The position numbers and the translations under genes are program-made. From Aureliella sp. (lineage in GTDB: Bacteria > Planctomycetota > Planctomycetia > Pirellulales > Pirellulaceae), in contig OY829846.1 in NCBI GenBank assembly GCA_963691875.1, forward strand, positions 1,984,001 through 2,048,000: a DNA stretch of 64,000 bases, written 5' to 3'. This document shows positions 30,787 through 42,796 of the stretch, piece by piece (within the stretch, counting starts at the first letter, position 1; each line of letters starts with the position of its first letter). Below the pieces are notes generated by a model. The model saw nothing but the letters and a program-made list of their open reading frames with translations, did no database searches and was not told the origin of the DNA.

Positions 30787-31230
30787 GTGATGAGCCTTCG
30801 AAACGGGTGAGGTCAGTTGTAGGCGGGAAAACTAGTCTAGTCAGAAACGATTCTCTTGTGTGACACGGTTGTGACTGTCTTCCTCGTTTTGAAGCTTGCT
30901 TGAATATCGCCGACCGCTCCGCGGTCGTGCATCGCGCCGCCGCGATGGACAGAGCGCTGACTTCGCTGAGCCGTATCGCAGTATTGCCTTGGGCATCGCG
31001 CGAACAACGAATGCAATGCACGAGCAACAAATTAGGTAGCGGCCATTCCGGACAAATCCAGGAATACGAACTGAAGAACCGGCGGCTAGCGCCAGCCCCC
31101 TCACAATCGAAAAAACCGCGTCTAGACTCAATAAAGAACACTAACAAGTCAGTGCCGCACGGGCTGCCCGAGGAAGGAGCGGCAGGAGCAATTGCAACAA
31201 CGGACTACTTTGAGCTGTCTACTTCCCCTG

Positions 31231-32826
31231 CTATTCCCACTCGATGGTGGCGGGAGGCTTGCTGCTGATGTCGTAACAGACGCGATTGACACCGCGAACT
31301 TCGTTGATGATGCGATTGCTGATCTTCGCAAGTAAATCGTATGGCAAGTGGCTCCAGTCTGCCGTCATGAAGTCGTCGGTGTTGACAGAGCGCACGGCAA
31401 CCGCATTCTCGTAAGTACGAGCATCACCCATCACACCAACACTTTGCACCGGAAGCATCACTGCGAAGGCTTGGGACGTCTCGCGATAGAGTCCAGCCTC
31501 TTTTATTTCGCTGACCACGATATGGTCGGCTTCTCGCAACACATCGAGCTTTTCTTTCGTGACTTCACCCAAGCAGCGTACGGCGAGGCCCGGCCCAGGG
31601 AAGGGATGCCGCCATACAAGATGCTCCGGCAACCCCAGTTCGATTCCTAACTTACGGACCTCATCCTTAAACAGATCCCGTAGCGGCTCGACAAGTTCAA
31701 ACCCGAGCTGTTCCGGCAATCCACCGACGTTGTGGTGGAGCTTGATCGTCGCTGCGGGGCCATCGGGCGCGGCACCGCTTTCAATCACGTCGGGATATAA
31801 AGTGCCTTGAGCCAAATACTTTGCACCGGAAATTTTGGTCGCTTCTTCTTTGAAGCAATCGATAAACAAGTTGCCGATACGCTTACGTTTTTCTTGCGGC
31901 TCGATAATACCTGACAAGCTATATAGGAAGCGGCTTTCTGCCTGAACGACGTGAAGGTCGGCTTGGAAGTGATCTGTGAACTCGGAGATCACCGCCGCCT
32001 GCTCGTCTTTCCGAAGCAAGCCGTTATCAACGAGGATGCAGCTCAACTGAGGCCCAATGGCCTTGTAGAGCAGTGCCGCGGTAACGGCACTGTCGACACC
32101 ACCGGACAGGCCGCAGATAACTCGGTCGTCGCCGATCTCTGCTCGCATTCGCTGAATGGTCTGCTCAGCAAAGTCAGACAAACGCCAACGCCCTTCGCAC
32201 TCGCAAATGTTGTACAAAAAGTTGCGAAGAATCTCACTACCTAGAGGAGTGTGGGTAACTTCAGGGTGGAACTGAAGCCCGAAGACAGGCAGGCTCTTAT
32301 GTTGCACCGCCGCAAATGGACAAGTGCTGGTGGCAGCGAGTGCTTGAAACTCTTCGGAGACAGCGTTCACCTGATCTCCGTGGCTCATCCAGACTTCAGT
32401 TTCTCCAGGCAGACCTGAAAGCAAACCTTCTGGCGAAGTAACTTGTAAGGCCGCGCGTCCGTACTCACGCGATTGGCAGTGGCCCACTTTGCCACCGAGT
32501 GCTTCGCAGGCAAGTTGCATTCCGTAGCAAATGCCTAGAATTGGCAAGCCGAGTTCAAAGAGTTTGGGATCGCACTTTGGGGCTCCATCCTCGTAGACAC
32601 TTGAGGGGCCACCGGAAAGGATAATTCCCGCTGGCTGCTTGGCCGCAATGGCTTCTGCCGGGAGATCGTGGCGAATGATTTCACAGTAGACGTGCAGTTC
32701 TCGAACACGACGTGCGATGAGCTGAGCGTATTGCGATCCAAAATCGAGGACGAGAATCTTTTCTTGTCCCAAGTCTGACGCAGCAGAAGAATTGCTTGCC
32801 AGAGAAGCTGACGGGGAGGTTGTCAC
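31231..32826 (-). CDS. guaA: GMP synthase (glutamine-hydrolysing)
   Basis: [35 protein letters not shown]; likely GTG start 32826 after AAGGA. Confidence 0.97.
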   Translation of the reverse strand: MTTSPSASLASNSSAASDLGQEKILVLDFGSQYAQLIARRVRELHVYCEIIRHDLPAEAIAAKQPAGIILSGGPSSVYEDGAPKCDPKLFELGLPILGICYGMQLACEALGGKVGHCQSREYGRAALQVTSPEGLLSGLPGETEVWMSHGDQVNAVSEEFQALAATSTCPFAAVQHKSLPVFGLQFHPEVTHTPLGSEILRNFLYNICECEGRWRLSDFAEQTIQRMRAEIGDDRVICGLSGGVDSAVTAALLYKAIGPQLSCILVDNGLLRKDEQAAVISEFTDHFQADLHVVQAESRFLYSLSGIIEPQEKRKRIGNLFIDCFKEEATKISGAKYLAQGTLYPDVIESGAAPDGPAATIKLHHNVGGLPEQLGFELVEPLRDLFKDEVRKLGIELGLPEHLVWRHPFPGPGLAVRCLGEVTKEKLDVLREADHIVVSEIKEAGLYRETSQAFAVMLPVQSVGVMGDARTYENAVAVRSVNTDDFMTADWSHLPYDLLAKISNRIINEVRGVNRVCYDISSKPPATIEWE

Positions 32827-33022
32827 TTTTCTATCCTTCACTGATTCCGGGCCCAAGCCGCCAAACCGGACCAAAACCAAACCGCGAAGTATACGGGCGA
32901 ACAAGAATTTCAGCCAGTACGGCCTGCGTTCCGATAAGAGATTATGTCCCGTCAACGCCTACCGAATTTGTTGTTTAGGCCCAAGATTTTGATGGATTTA
33001 CAACCAAACACGGAGAATAAAA

Positions 33023-33370
33023 ATGCCGAAAGTCGACTGGAGCTATCATCGCCCTGGCTGAAAAACCTGCGGGAAAACGCAGGAGTTTCTTGCAGAGAAC
33101 GAAATAGAAACCAAATCCGAAGTCAACGCTAAAAAAGAGACGCATCAGCTTGAGAAAGCCAAAGAGCTTCTTGGAGCAGCAAACAAGCTGTTTGCGGCCA
33201 AAGGAAAGAAAGTTGTAGAAGTCGACTTGAAGAAGGAAACTCTCGAGGACGAGCAGATCACGAAACTGATGTTAGGGCCGACCGGAAATCTCCGTGCCCC
33301 CACGCTCGTCAAGGGCAAGACCGTCATTGTCGGCTTTGAACAAGAAATGTACGAGAAGCTGTTTGGGTAA
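33023..33370 (+). CDS. ArsC/Spx-like thioredoxin-fold selenoprotein (U13-x-x-C16), absent from the ORF track
   Basis: GGAGA RBS, ATG 33023; MPKVDWSYHRPG[TGA 33059-33061]KTCGKTQEFL...LGPTGNLRAPTL...IVGF; frame stays open to TAA 33370 (115 aa). Confidence 0.85.
33066..33083 (+). promoter_or_regulatory. Candidate bacterial SECIS hairpin
   Basis: CCTGCG-GGAAAA-CGCAGG starting 4 nt after the in-frame TGA; loop begins with G. Confidence 0.55.
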
Positions 33371-33386
33371 CAAAGGCTGTCGTGAT

Positions 33387-33473
33387 GGATCTGGCCAGAA
33401 ATCCTGAATGAAGGATTTCTGGCGATCCGATTTCGAGTGCCTGTTGATACAGGACTTGTGGCGAATCCCGCTA
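33387..33473. repeat. Extragenic inverted repeat, REP-like or terminator
   Basis: GCCAGAAATCCT-gaatga-AGGATTTCTGGC flanked by GGATC/GATCC; related TGTGGCGAATCCCGCTA just downstream. Confidence 0.5.
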
Positions 33474-33815
33474 TTTTGCCTTTTTCTCCTGCTCGATGGC
33501 TAACTTCGTCCTCTGCATAGAATACCTCGCAGACGGCTTCTCCTTCTTAGAGCCTGGGAACTGTCTCTTTCGCCATAGTCCCACAGTAGCAGAAGGTCTT
33601 GACACGCTCGCAACAAATTTCTGTGTCGCGAGTGCCGACCGTTTCTTGACTACCGCATCAAGCACCTGTCTTTTGATTCGGCCGGAACTCTGGATTCGTG
33701 GTGGCAATGGCAATCAGCGATTTGACGATTGATGTGGCCTAGCCCTCTCAAGATCTTCTCACTTAAGTTGCCGTTGCTGCTTTTTCTACGGAAAGCAGGA
33801 GCCCCGAAGATACAC

Positions 33816-34388
33816 TCATTCGTAAACGATCCTCATCTCTGCCGGCAGGTCCTCATAAGGAATCCTCGGATTTGCCTTCTTCAGTTCTCGGAAGAAGTTG
33901 CTCCAGAAACCACGTCCCCAGCCAATGTGAATTCCTGGATGCCAGAAACTCCCAAAGGAGCCAGACTGCTTGGATTTAGGCATATGAGGATACGCCATAA
34001 TGACGAAGCCTTCATCAGAGGTATCGTAGATGCACCACAGTTTGGTGGCATCGTCAACAACCGACTCAAAATCGAGCTCTCTTGGAGGATTCTGTAATTC
34101 CATTACCTCCGAAAGGTGGCCTTTCTTGGCATCACCATTTGGCGGAATAAATCGCACTCGCGTCAAGTACTTGCCCGACGACGCATCCCGTTTTGCATAA
34201 ACCACAAATCTTCCGTAGCGTGGCTCCTGCTCGTCATGGACAACGCGATACCCCGAATCCATCCACCATAATGCTATTGCAGCTATCGCGATCAAGCCGA
34301 GCAAGAACCTGAGTGAGAACCGGGTGACGGTGGTAGGCTTAGAGTTCAACGGGTGATCCTTAGCGAGCCTCACGATGCATGGGGTCAC
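33816..34388 (-). CDS. Hypothetical membrane-anchored protein
   Basis: Planctomycete-typical RFSLRFLLGLIAIAAIALWW anchor. Confidence 0.65.
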   Translation of the reverse strand: MTPCIVRLAKDHPLNSKPTTVTRFSLRFLLGLIAIAAIALWWMDSGYRVVHDEQEPRYGRFVVYAKRDASSGKYLTRVRFIPPNGDAKKGHLSEVMELQNPPRELDFESVVDDATKLWCIYDTSDEGFVIMAYPHMPKSKQSGSFGSFWHPGIHIGWGRGFWSNFFRELKKANPRIPYEDLPAEMRIVYE

Positions 34389-34597
34389 TCATAATAACAA
34401 AATTGCAACTGCTACCCGTTGGAGCCCCGGCTTCAGCCGCAGCCTCCCTTTCAGGTCTTTCCTTGCCCCTCGAGCCTGTATTGGCTGCGGCGAACTACCG
34501 ACAAGCTCATCGAGCTGCTTCACTCCTGTTCCCCCTTGATAAAGATTGCGTATACCATACTCTCGGTCATGGATTTGCAGCACGGATAACGGAGAAC

Positions 34598-37270
34598 ATG
34601 GTGAGTCAGACTGCGGAGCATTTTAGGCTAGAAGCCGCCAGTACGCGGCAAGCAAATTGGCAGCGTTGGGGACCTTATCTTTCGGAACGGCAGTGGGGTA
34701 CCGTTCGTGAGGACTATTCCGAGAACCAGGACGCTTGGAGCTACTTTCCGCATGACCACTCGCGCAGCCGCGCTTACCGCTGGGGCGAGGACGGCTTGCT
34801 CGGAATCTGCGACCGCCAGTGCCGCCTTTGCTATGGGTTTGCATTCTGGAATGGTAAAGACGCGATCCTCAAAGAACGGCTTTTTGGACTGACAGGCCCG
34901 GAAGGCAACCATGGCGAGGATGTGAAAGAGTGCTACTACTATCTCGACAGCACACCTACCCACTCTTACATGCAAGGCCTTTACAAGTATCCGCAATCGG
35001 AGTTTCCATATTCGAAATTGTTGCAAGAAAACAGGTCGAGAAATCGCCTCGAGCTCGAATACGAACTGGCCGATACTGGCGTCTTCGACGAAGAGCGGTA
35101 TTTCGATTGCCAGATTGAGTACACGAAGAACTCTGCCGACGACATCCTGATTCGTTTAACCGTGACCAATCGTGGGCCGAACGCTTCGACGATCCACATC
35201 CTGCCGCAGTGGTGGTATCGCAACACTTGGACTTGGAATTGCACTCAGGAAGGCTGTACGCCCAAGCCAATGATCCGCACCGAAGATGACGGGAAAATCC
35301 ACGGTTACCATACGACTTTAGGCCATTGGATCATGGCCGTTGATTGCAGTTCAGATGGCCAGGATGCGAAGTATCTATTCACCGACAACGAAACCAATAC
35401 TGATTTGCATCCTGACGTACCTTCGACCAGTGGAAGTTTCAAGGACGCGTTCCACAATTACGTCGTACATGGGCGCGAAGGTGCCGTAGCCCCTCAGCCG
35501 AAAGGAACCAAGGTTGCATCCTACACCGAACACCTCATACAACCTGGCGAATCGGTTGTCATTCGAGCCCGGATGTGCCAAGCCGAACTTTCGCCCACAG
35601 AGTGGTTCGGCAAGCCCTTCGACCAGAGCTTCTCGCAGCGGAAGCAAGAGGCCGACGAGTTCTACGCTTCCGTCATTCCGGCTGGTACGACAGCGGATGA
35701 AAAGCTTGTGATGCGTCAAGCTTATGCAGGGCTTCTCTGGACTAAACAGTTCTATCACTACGTCGTAAACGCTTGGCTAGAGGGCGACGATAACTATCGG
35801 ATTAACACGAATCAACGTCGCTTCGGCCGGAACCACGATTGGCAGCACTTGTTCAATCGCGACGTGATTAGCATGCCCGACAAGTGGGAGTACCCCTGGT
35901 ACGCCGCTTGGGATCTTGCCTTTCACATGCTACCTATGGCAGAGGTCGACCCAAACTTCGCCAAAGACCAACTGATTCTGTTCCTGCGAGAATGGTACAT
36001 GCATCCCAGCGGTGCCATCCCAGCCTACGAATGGGCGCTCAATGACGTAAATCCTCCGGTGCACGCTTGGGCTTGCTGGAATATCTATCGAATGGGGCAG
36101 AAGGCGGGTTATGAAGACAAAGATTTTCTTGCGAGAGCGTTTCAGAAGCTGCTTCTCAATTTTACTTGGTGGGTTAACCGCAAGGACCCCGAAGGCAATC
36201 ACATCTTCAGTGGCGGCTTCCTGGGCTTGGACAACATTGGAGTCTTTGATCGCAGCAAACCGCTGCCGACCGGCGGCGCCTTGAATCAAGCGGATGCTAC
36301 GGCGTGGATGGCATTCTTCTGTGGCGTTATGCTAGATATTGCCCTGGAACTTGCACCTGAACGCGGCGCTTATGCCGATATGGCTAGCAAGTTTTTCGAG
36401 CACTACGTGTCGATCGCCGATGCCACTAACGCCTTGCACAATACCGGCTTGTGGGACGACCAAGATGGCTTTTACTATGATCATCTCGCCAAAGACGGCG
36501 AAAGCATTCCGCTGCGAGTCCGTTCACTGGTCGGGCTAATTCCACTTTGCACGCCAGTCATTTTGGACGAAGCGAAGATCGCGAACTTACCTGGATTCCG
36601 AAAACGCACCGAATGGTTCTTGCAGAATCGACAGGACATGTCAAAGCACATGAACTACATGACTCGCGAGTGCGAAGAAGGGCAGGAGCATGGCATGCGG
36701 TTACTCGCCCTTCCGAGTACGGAACGATTGCTACGACTGCTTGAAGTCATGTTGGACGAGAACGAGTTCTTGTCTCCGTACGGCATCCGATCTATGTCCG
36801 CCAAGCATGAGCACGAGCCCTATGTTTTCGAATGGGGCGGGGAACGCGAAGAAGTGAAGTATGTGCCTGGTGAGAGTGACACTTGGATGTTCGGCGGGAA
36901 CAGCAATTGGCGTGGCCCCATCTGGTTCCCGCTCAACTATCTGATCATCGAATCGCTACGCAAGTACTACAGCTTCTATGGCGATAGCTTACAGGTTGAA
37001 TACCCAACGGGTTCCGGTAACAAAATGAATCTGGCCCAAGTTGCTACCGAAATCGAACGCCGGCTGAGCCAGATCTTCTTGGCGGATGACAGTGGTAGAC
37101 GTCCTTGCCATGGTACAGAGGGCCGCTATGCGGGACACGACAACTGGAAAGACCTCGTATTGTTCTACGAATATTTTCACGGCGACAATGCTCGTGGACT
37201 CGGTGCGAGCCACCAGACCGGCTGGACCGCGCTCGTCGCCACGATGCTCCAAAACCAAGCGACCCAATAG
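34598..37270 (+). CDS. MGH1-like/GH63 glucosidase
   Basis: WGPYLSERQWGTVREDYS, MPDKWEYPWYAAWDLAFH, NSNWRGPIW, GASHQTGWT; GGAGA RBS. Confidence 0.93.
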   Translation: MVSQTAEHFRLEAASTRQANWQRWGPYLSERQWGTVREDYSENQDAWSYFPHDHSRSRAYRWGEDGLLGICDRQCRLCYGFAFWNGKDAILKERLFGLTGPEGNHGEDVKECYYYLDSTPTHSYMQGLYKYPQSEFPYSKLLQENRSRNRLELEYELADTGVFDEERYFDCQIEYTKNSADDILIRLTVTNRGPNASTIHILPQWWYRNTWTWNCTQEGCTPKPMIRTEDDGKIHGYHTTLGHWIMAVDCSSDGQDAKYLFTDNETNTDLHPDVPSTSGSFKDAFHNYVVHGREGAVAPQPKGTKVASYTEHLIQPGESVVIRARMCQAELSPTEWFGKPFDQSFSQRKQEADEFYASVIPAGTTADEKLVMRQAYAGLLWTKQFYHYVVNAWLEGDDNYRINTNQRRFGRNHDWQHLFNRDVISMPDKWEYPWYAAWDLAFHMLPMAEVDPNFAKDQLILFLREWYMHPSGAIPAYEWALNDVNPPVHAWACWNIYRMGQKAGYEDKDFLARAFQKLLLNFTWWVNRKDPEGNHIFSGGFLGLDNIGVFDRSKPLPTGGALNQADATAWMAFFCGVMLDIALELAPERGAYADMASKFFEHYVSIADATNALHNTGLWDDQDGFYYDHLAKDGESIPLRVRSLVGLIPLCTPVILDEAKIANLPGFRKRTEWFLQNRQDMSKHMNYMTRECEEGQEHGMRLLALPSTERLLRLLEVMLDENEFLSPYGIRSMSAKHEHEPYVFEWGGEREEVKYVPGESDTWMFGGNSNWRGPIWFPLNYLIIESLRKYYSFYGDSLQVEYPTGSGNKMNLAQVATEIERRLSQIFLADDSGRRPCHGTEGRYAGHDNWKDLVLFYEYFHGDNARGLGASHQTGWTALVATMLQNQATQ

Positions 37271-37463
37271 CCGGTAGTTGGCATGGGCTCTCAGCTGCTT
37301 CCAGAATGTGGACGCGACTCACCACAGGCTGGAAGCCATGCGACTCTTTCGTTTCCCGCCCTGGACTTCGGGCTGCCCCGCTTCTGAAGGATGTGTGTTT
37401 TGGGATACAATGAGATCGCTAACGCTTGAATTATCTTGTGCTCCCTTTAACAGGAAAGCTGTG

Positions 37464-38795
37464 ATGCCCGCGTCATTGCGTCTCCCACTTGTATCTGCCT
37501 TTACCATTCTCTGTTTGACTTCTTTTGCGTGCGGCGACGATTGGCCGCAATGGATGGGTCCGAATCGAGATGGTGTTTATGCCGAAACCGGACTCGTAGA
37601 CTCCATTCCAGAATCAGGCTTGAAAGAACTCTGGCGCGTGCCCGTTGGCAAAGGTTACTCTGGACCGGCTGTCGCGAATGGTCGAGTTTACGTCACCGAC
37701 TACATCGTCGAATCGGGTGAAATCAAGAACAACCCGAGTGCACGCTACGAGCTCACTGGCCAGGAACGCATTCTTTGCTTGAATGCCAAGACCGGTGAGC
37801 AAATCTGGAAGCACGATTATCCTCGAGCCTACGACCTCTCGTACCCAAGCGGTCCTCGAGCCACTCCGACGGTTGACGGTGACAAAGTTTATGTGCTTGG
37901 CGCAGAAGGTGATTTGCTTTGCCTGCAAGCGGACAGTGGCGATGTCGTATGGCAAATGCAGCTGAAGGAAGTTTACGACACCGAGTCGCCGCTCTGGGGA
38001 TTCTCGTCACATCTGCTCGTAGCTGGCGATTTGGTTTACACACTTGCTGGAGGCGACGGCAGCGCCGTGGTGGCACTAAACAAGAACACAGGTAAAGAAG
38101 TCTGGCGGGCCATGACCACGTCGGATGTGGGTTACTGCCCTCCGATCATTTACAACATCGGCGATCGCGATCAGCTAATCATCTGGCACTCGGAAGCAGT
38201 CAATGGATTGAATCCGAAGACCGGAGAAGTTCTTTGGACTTATCCTCTGAAGCCGAAGTATGGAATGTCCATCGCAGCTCCACAGCTTCGCGACAACCAT
38301 TTGTTTGTGTGCGGCATTGGTGAAACCAGCGCGATGCTGCGAATGGGCAAAGACGGCAAACCGATTGATTCCGCTTGGCGCGGCAAGCCCAAGGTGGGAG
38401 TCTATTCAGGCAATGCGACGGCCCTCTTCGAAAAAGATGCAATCTACGGTTCGGATTGTGGCTCAGGCATGTTCATTGCTGTAAACCCCAAGACCGGCGA
38501 GCGTTACTGGCAAGACTTTGCGCTGACGACCAGCGGAACACGCAGAGCTGGACATGGTACCGCGTTCCTAGTTCGCAACGGTAAGTATCACTGGCTGTTC
38601 GCTGAAACAGGCGACTTGATCTTGGCCAAGCTTAGCCCCGAAAAGTTTGAAGTACGAGGGCGGATGCGTATCCTCGAGCCGACGAACGAGTGCTTTGGGC
38701 GCGAAGTTGTCTGGTCACACCCAGCCTTCGCTCAAAAATGCGTCTTTGCCCGAAACGACAAAGAAATAGTTTGCATCAGCCTCGCCGCAGAATAG
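37464..38795 (+). CDS. PQQ-like beta-propeller repeat protein
   Basis: DDWPQWMGPNRDG; repeated CLNAKTGEQIW, ALNKNTGKEVW; WSHPA. Confidence 0.9.
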   Translation: MPASLRLPLVSAFTILCLTSFACGDDWPQWMGPNRDGVYAETGLVDSIPESGLKELWRVPVGKGYSGPAVANGRVYVTDYIVESGEIKNNPSARYELTGQERILCLNAKTGEQIWKHDYPRAYDLSYPSGPRATPTVDGDKVYVLGAEGDLLCLQADSGDVVWQMQLKEVYDTESPLWGFSSHLLVAGDLVYTLAGGDGSAVVALNKNTGKEVWRAMTTSDVGYCPPIIYNIGDRDQLIIWHSEAVNGLNPKTGEVLWTYPLKPKYGMSIAAPQLRDNHLFVCGIGETSAMLRMGKDGKPIDSAWRGKPKVGVYSGNATALFEKDAIYGSDCGSGMFIAVNPKTGERYWQDFALTTSGTRRAGHGTAFLVRNGKYHWLFAETGDLILAKLSPEKFEVRGRMRILEPTNECFGREVVWSHPAFAQKCVFARNDKEIVCISLAAE

Positions 38796-38813
38796 AAACG
38801 GACTTCGCCAATA

Positions 38814-39950
38814 ATGCCGGAACTCTCCAATTACGAGCTAGTCGATACATCCAAGCTCATCACGCCTTGTGTGTTGGTCTATCCAGACCTGATTCGTCAG
38901 AACCTCGAAGCCTCTTTGCAGATCGCGGGTGATGTGAGTCGATTGCGGCCGCATGTGAAAACGCATAAGACGCCGCAAATCGTGCAGATGCAACTTGAGC
39001 TTGGCATTACCAAACACAAGTGCGCGACGCTATGTGAAGCGAGGATGTTGGCCCAGCAGTCGGTGGGAGAGATTCTTGTTGCCTATCCGCAAGTAGGTCC
39101 TGCCATTGCGAAGTTCTGCGGTCTGGTAAGTGAATATCCTGCGGTTAGATTCGCGACGATTGTCGACGATTTGGTTTGTGTAAAAACGCTCGGTGAATGC
39201 TTGACTGCCAGCGATCTCCAAGCAGATGTTTACGTCGATATTGACAATGGCATGCACCGCACGGGCATTCCGGCTGGTGAAGGTGCGAAAGCGATCTTTG
39301 AGCTGCTCTATGACCATCCGAACATGCACGCTGCCGGATTGCACGTTTACGATGGCCAAAATCACCAGCCGAGTTTGACAGAGCGTCAGGAATCGGTGTC
39401 CGAGTTGCTGAAGCCAATCCTGGAAATGGTGGAGCAACTTAAGGTAGCTGGTCGCGAGGTTCCGAAGTTGATCTGCGGCGGCACGCCAACCTTCGGAGTT
39501 TTTGCTGGGCTAGACCTGCAGCTTGCAGGAACGGAAATCGAATGCTCGCCTGGAACCTGCGTGCTCTCCGACTTCAACTACGGCCGTGACTATCCGGATC
39601 TTGCTGGGATTCAGCACGCCGCCGTTGTGATGACTCGGGTGATTTCCAAGCAGCCGGGATCTGGCCAATTCACTTGCGATCTTGGCAACAAAGCAATCGC
39701 AGCTGACCCTCCCGCCGGAAGCCGTTGCCATTTCTTGGGCTTGCCCAATGCCGTGGAAGTCAAGCAGAACGAAGAGCACTTGATTGTTCGCTGCGACAAT
39801 GCAGATGATTTCCAAGTGGGTGACGTACTCTATGCTATCCCAGCGCACATCTGTCCCACCATGGCTCTGCACCGATTCGTACAGGTCATCCGTGACGGCA
39901 AGCACGAAGACACTTGGGAAGTGACGGCACGGGATCGGATTTATCAGTAG
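38814..39950 (+). CDS. D-threonine aldolase/DSD1-family PLP enzyme
   Basis: RPHVKTHK, GMHRTG, EEH, HICPT. Confidence 0.92.
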   Translation: MPELSNYELVDTSKLITPCVLVYPDLIRQNLEASLQIAGDVSRLRPHVKTHKTPQIVQMQLELGITKHKCATLCEARMLAQQSVGEILVAYPQVGPAIAKFCGLVSEYPAVRFATIVDDLVCVKTLGECLTASDLQADVYVDIDNGMHRTGIPAGEGAKAIFELLYDHPNMHAAGLHVYDGQNHQPSLTERQESVSELLKPILEMVEQLKVAGREVPKLICGGTPTFGVFAGLDLQLAGTEIECSPGTCVLSDFNYGRDYPDLAGIQHAAVVMTRVISKQPGSGQFTCDLGNKAIAADPPAGSRCHFLGLPNAVEVKQNEEHLIVRCDNADDFQVGDVLYAIPAHICPTMALHRFVQVIRDGKHEDTWEVTARDRIYQ

Positions 39951-40195
39951 AGACCGCCCTTCTGAGACCTCCCTTCTCGACGGGCGAGCCGGCAAAATCT
40001 GTGTCTGCGGACCGGGGTTTTGTGAAGAAAGCATGAAGCTGACAATCCAGCATTGCCTCGAGCTCGAGGATGGAGAAACTCAATTTACTGAGCTGTTTCC
40101 TTGACGAAGCGCCGGTATTTTTTCCTTCGAAATCGTTGCACGCTTGCCACCGCGACGGCCCGAACGTCTAGATGAAAATTCGCCACGAAAATTGA

Positions 40196-42790
40196 GTGAT
40201 GTTGCGCCCCTCCATAGTGCTCGGCTCCTTGCTTCTAATCGTCATATTTTGTGGGCCGGCGGCATTCCGTTCCGATCTGTTTCGTGGGCGGGGAATTCAA
40301 GACGCACTCCAACTCTCGCAAGCTGACCTTCATCAACTAGAAGGCAGTCGCGACAGCGGCCTTACCAAACTGCCTTCCACAGCGAGGCAGGCCGTCGCTT
40401 TTTTGAGGACAAAGTGTATCGCTGTCACAATCCGCGTGAGCACTCTGGCAGCTTAGACCTGACGACGCATGACGGTCTTTTGGCTGGTGGAGATTCCGGT
40501 AGAGCGTTTGAAGCCGACAATCCGAAAGCGAGCCTGCTGTTAAAACGAATTGTTGATACTGAATCACCGATGCCGCCCGAGGGCAAGGGTGAGGCTCTTA
40601 TTGCATCAGAGCTGCAGGTCATTCAGGACTGGCTTGCGGGCGGAGCACTCTTTCCAAGCGATCCAGACCATTGGGCATTTCATCAGGAACCAAAGGGGGC
40701 ACCGTACCCAGCTAACACGAGTATTGATTCTTTGCTTTGCAAGATTAGGGCGGAGCAAGGCTTGGCAGCCGGGAATGTCGCCCGGACAGCAGATCGCAGG
40801 AAGCTCATCCAGCGTCTGTTCCTAGACCTCACAGGCCTACCACCCTCGGCTACAGACTTGGGAACGCCATTTTTTATCGAAGAGCTCCCGGTGGTATTCT
40901 GAGTTGGTTGATGAGCTATTAGCTAGCCCTCGTTACGAAGTTCGTTGGGCCCAATCGTGGCTCGATCTCGCACGCTATGCTGATAGCGATGGCTTTGAGA
41001 AAGATTTGGTGCGTCCCGACGCGTGGCGTTACCGTCAGTGGGTGGTAGATGTTCTAAATCAGGATCTGCCATTCGATAAGTTCAGCAAATGGCAAATCGC
41101 AGGTGACTGCTACTCAGATCCCACCCTTAGCCAGCAACTTGCAACTGGCTTTCTACGTTGTGCTCCAGCCAACCGCGAAGGTGGTACTGATCCCCACAAA
41201 AATGATTTTGAGCGGGACATAGATCGTCTCAACTCGATTGGCTCGATCTGGCTCGGTATCAGCCTTGAATGCGCTCAGTGTCATGATCACCCCTTTGAAC
41301 CGGTCTCTCAGCGCGATTATTTTCAACTGCTTTCCTTCGTCGAAGACTGTGAGAATGAAACAATTTTTGCGCCCAGTAACGCAAACGACTCGGAGGCTAA
41401 GCTGCTATCGGAGTATCGTGCAAAGCGCGAGGCGTTCGTTAAACAATGGAATCTCGCTGAACTACAAGCAGATTGGGAAGAAAAGCTCCGCTACACGAAA
41501 GCCCATTACGGCGAGGATAACGGATGGGACAATCAGTGGTTAAGACTGCAGATCTACATCGACAATGCGCAAGCTATTCTGTTTTGTGATCCCAGCGAAC
41601 GGACCATCCTCGAACAGGATCAATTGCTCGAGTTTTTCCTCGAGGAATCGGACGATGCGTATCCTCGCTCGCTACATGCAACGTGGGAGCTCGACAAGGC
41701 ACTGAAGGCCTTTGACGCTATGCAGGCAGAATTTGATTTCGAAAAAGGTATGGTGACTCGGCCCAGCAAGCACCGAGCGCCGACTTTTATTCGTGTTCGC
41801 GGGGATTTTTACCAGCCCTCAGTTGAAGTGCAGGCTGGTTTCCCAGCAGCCTTTGGGCGTTCAGCCCCCGAAAATGCAACGCGAGAAGCGTTGGCAAGCT
41901 GGTTGTTTGAGGATTGCCAATTGTTGACGGCTCGGGTCGCAGTGGACCGAGTTTGGGGAGAGTTGTTTGGTCAAGGTTTTCTTGCTGATGGAGCAGACTT
42001 TGGAGTGCAAACAGGTGCTCCAGTGTTACTAGAAGTCCTGGACTTTGTCCCTTCTAATTGGAGCCAACAAGGCTGGAGCTTGAAAGACCTTATCCGAATG
42101 ATTGTCCATTCGAAGGCTTATCAGCAAAACTCGGTTGTCGCCCCCAACCTGATCGAACTAGATCCCACCAACCTATTCTTTACTCGACAAACGCGAATGC
42201 GACTCGGTGGAGAACAGTTAAGAGATCGAGTCTTGTTCGTGGGTGCCATGCTGAATGAGGTAGGTGGACGTAGCTTTTTTCCACCACAACCATTTGGCTT
42301 CGACAGACTTTCGTTCAATCCCACCGACTTTTGGATGACCTCGCGGGGTGAGGAACAGTACCGCCGGAGTCTTTACATTCATCGCCAGCGTTCAGCTCTA
42401 TTTCCTTTTTTGGATCTGTTAGGTAGCCCTGCAGGCAATGCACCCTGCACTTTTCGCCGAATTACGGCATCGCCACTAACATCCCTGGCACTGCTAAACG
42501 AGGAGCTGGTACTGAAGTCGGCGCGGGTATTGGCTGAACAAACATGCCAGGAGGAAGAAACTTTTGATGCACGTCTCCGTTTAATGTGGCGTAGCGTGTT
42601 CAGCGACTTGCCTTCTCACCAAGAGCTGCATCTGAGCCGGCAATTCTTATCTGAACAAGAGGCAGCATTTGCAAGGGATCCAACATCCGTCTTTCAGTTA
42701 ACACACAAGCGTGGCCCAGCCAGCTTGGCGTCATGGACGCTGCTTGCACGAAGCTTGATGAATACAGATCGATTTCAAAGACGAGAATGA
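40196..42790 (+). pseudogene. PSD1/planctomycete cytochrome c (DUF1549 + DUF1553) gene broken by at least two frameshifts
   Basis: Three ORF pieces; first CxxCH split by a missing base (TGT ATC GC- TGT CAC near 40414-40427); second shift near 40860-40900 before LVDELLASPRY; WLDLARYADS, CAQCHDH, RRSLY and SLALLN retained. Confidence 0.8.
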
Positions 42791-42796
42791 TTGAAG

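Noticed and set aside
30841..31230. Gap between the sulfatase and guaA with short ORFs on both strands
   Set aside because: No convincing coding or RNA structure signal
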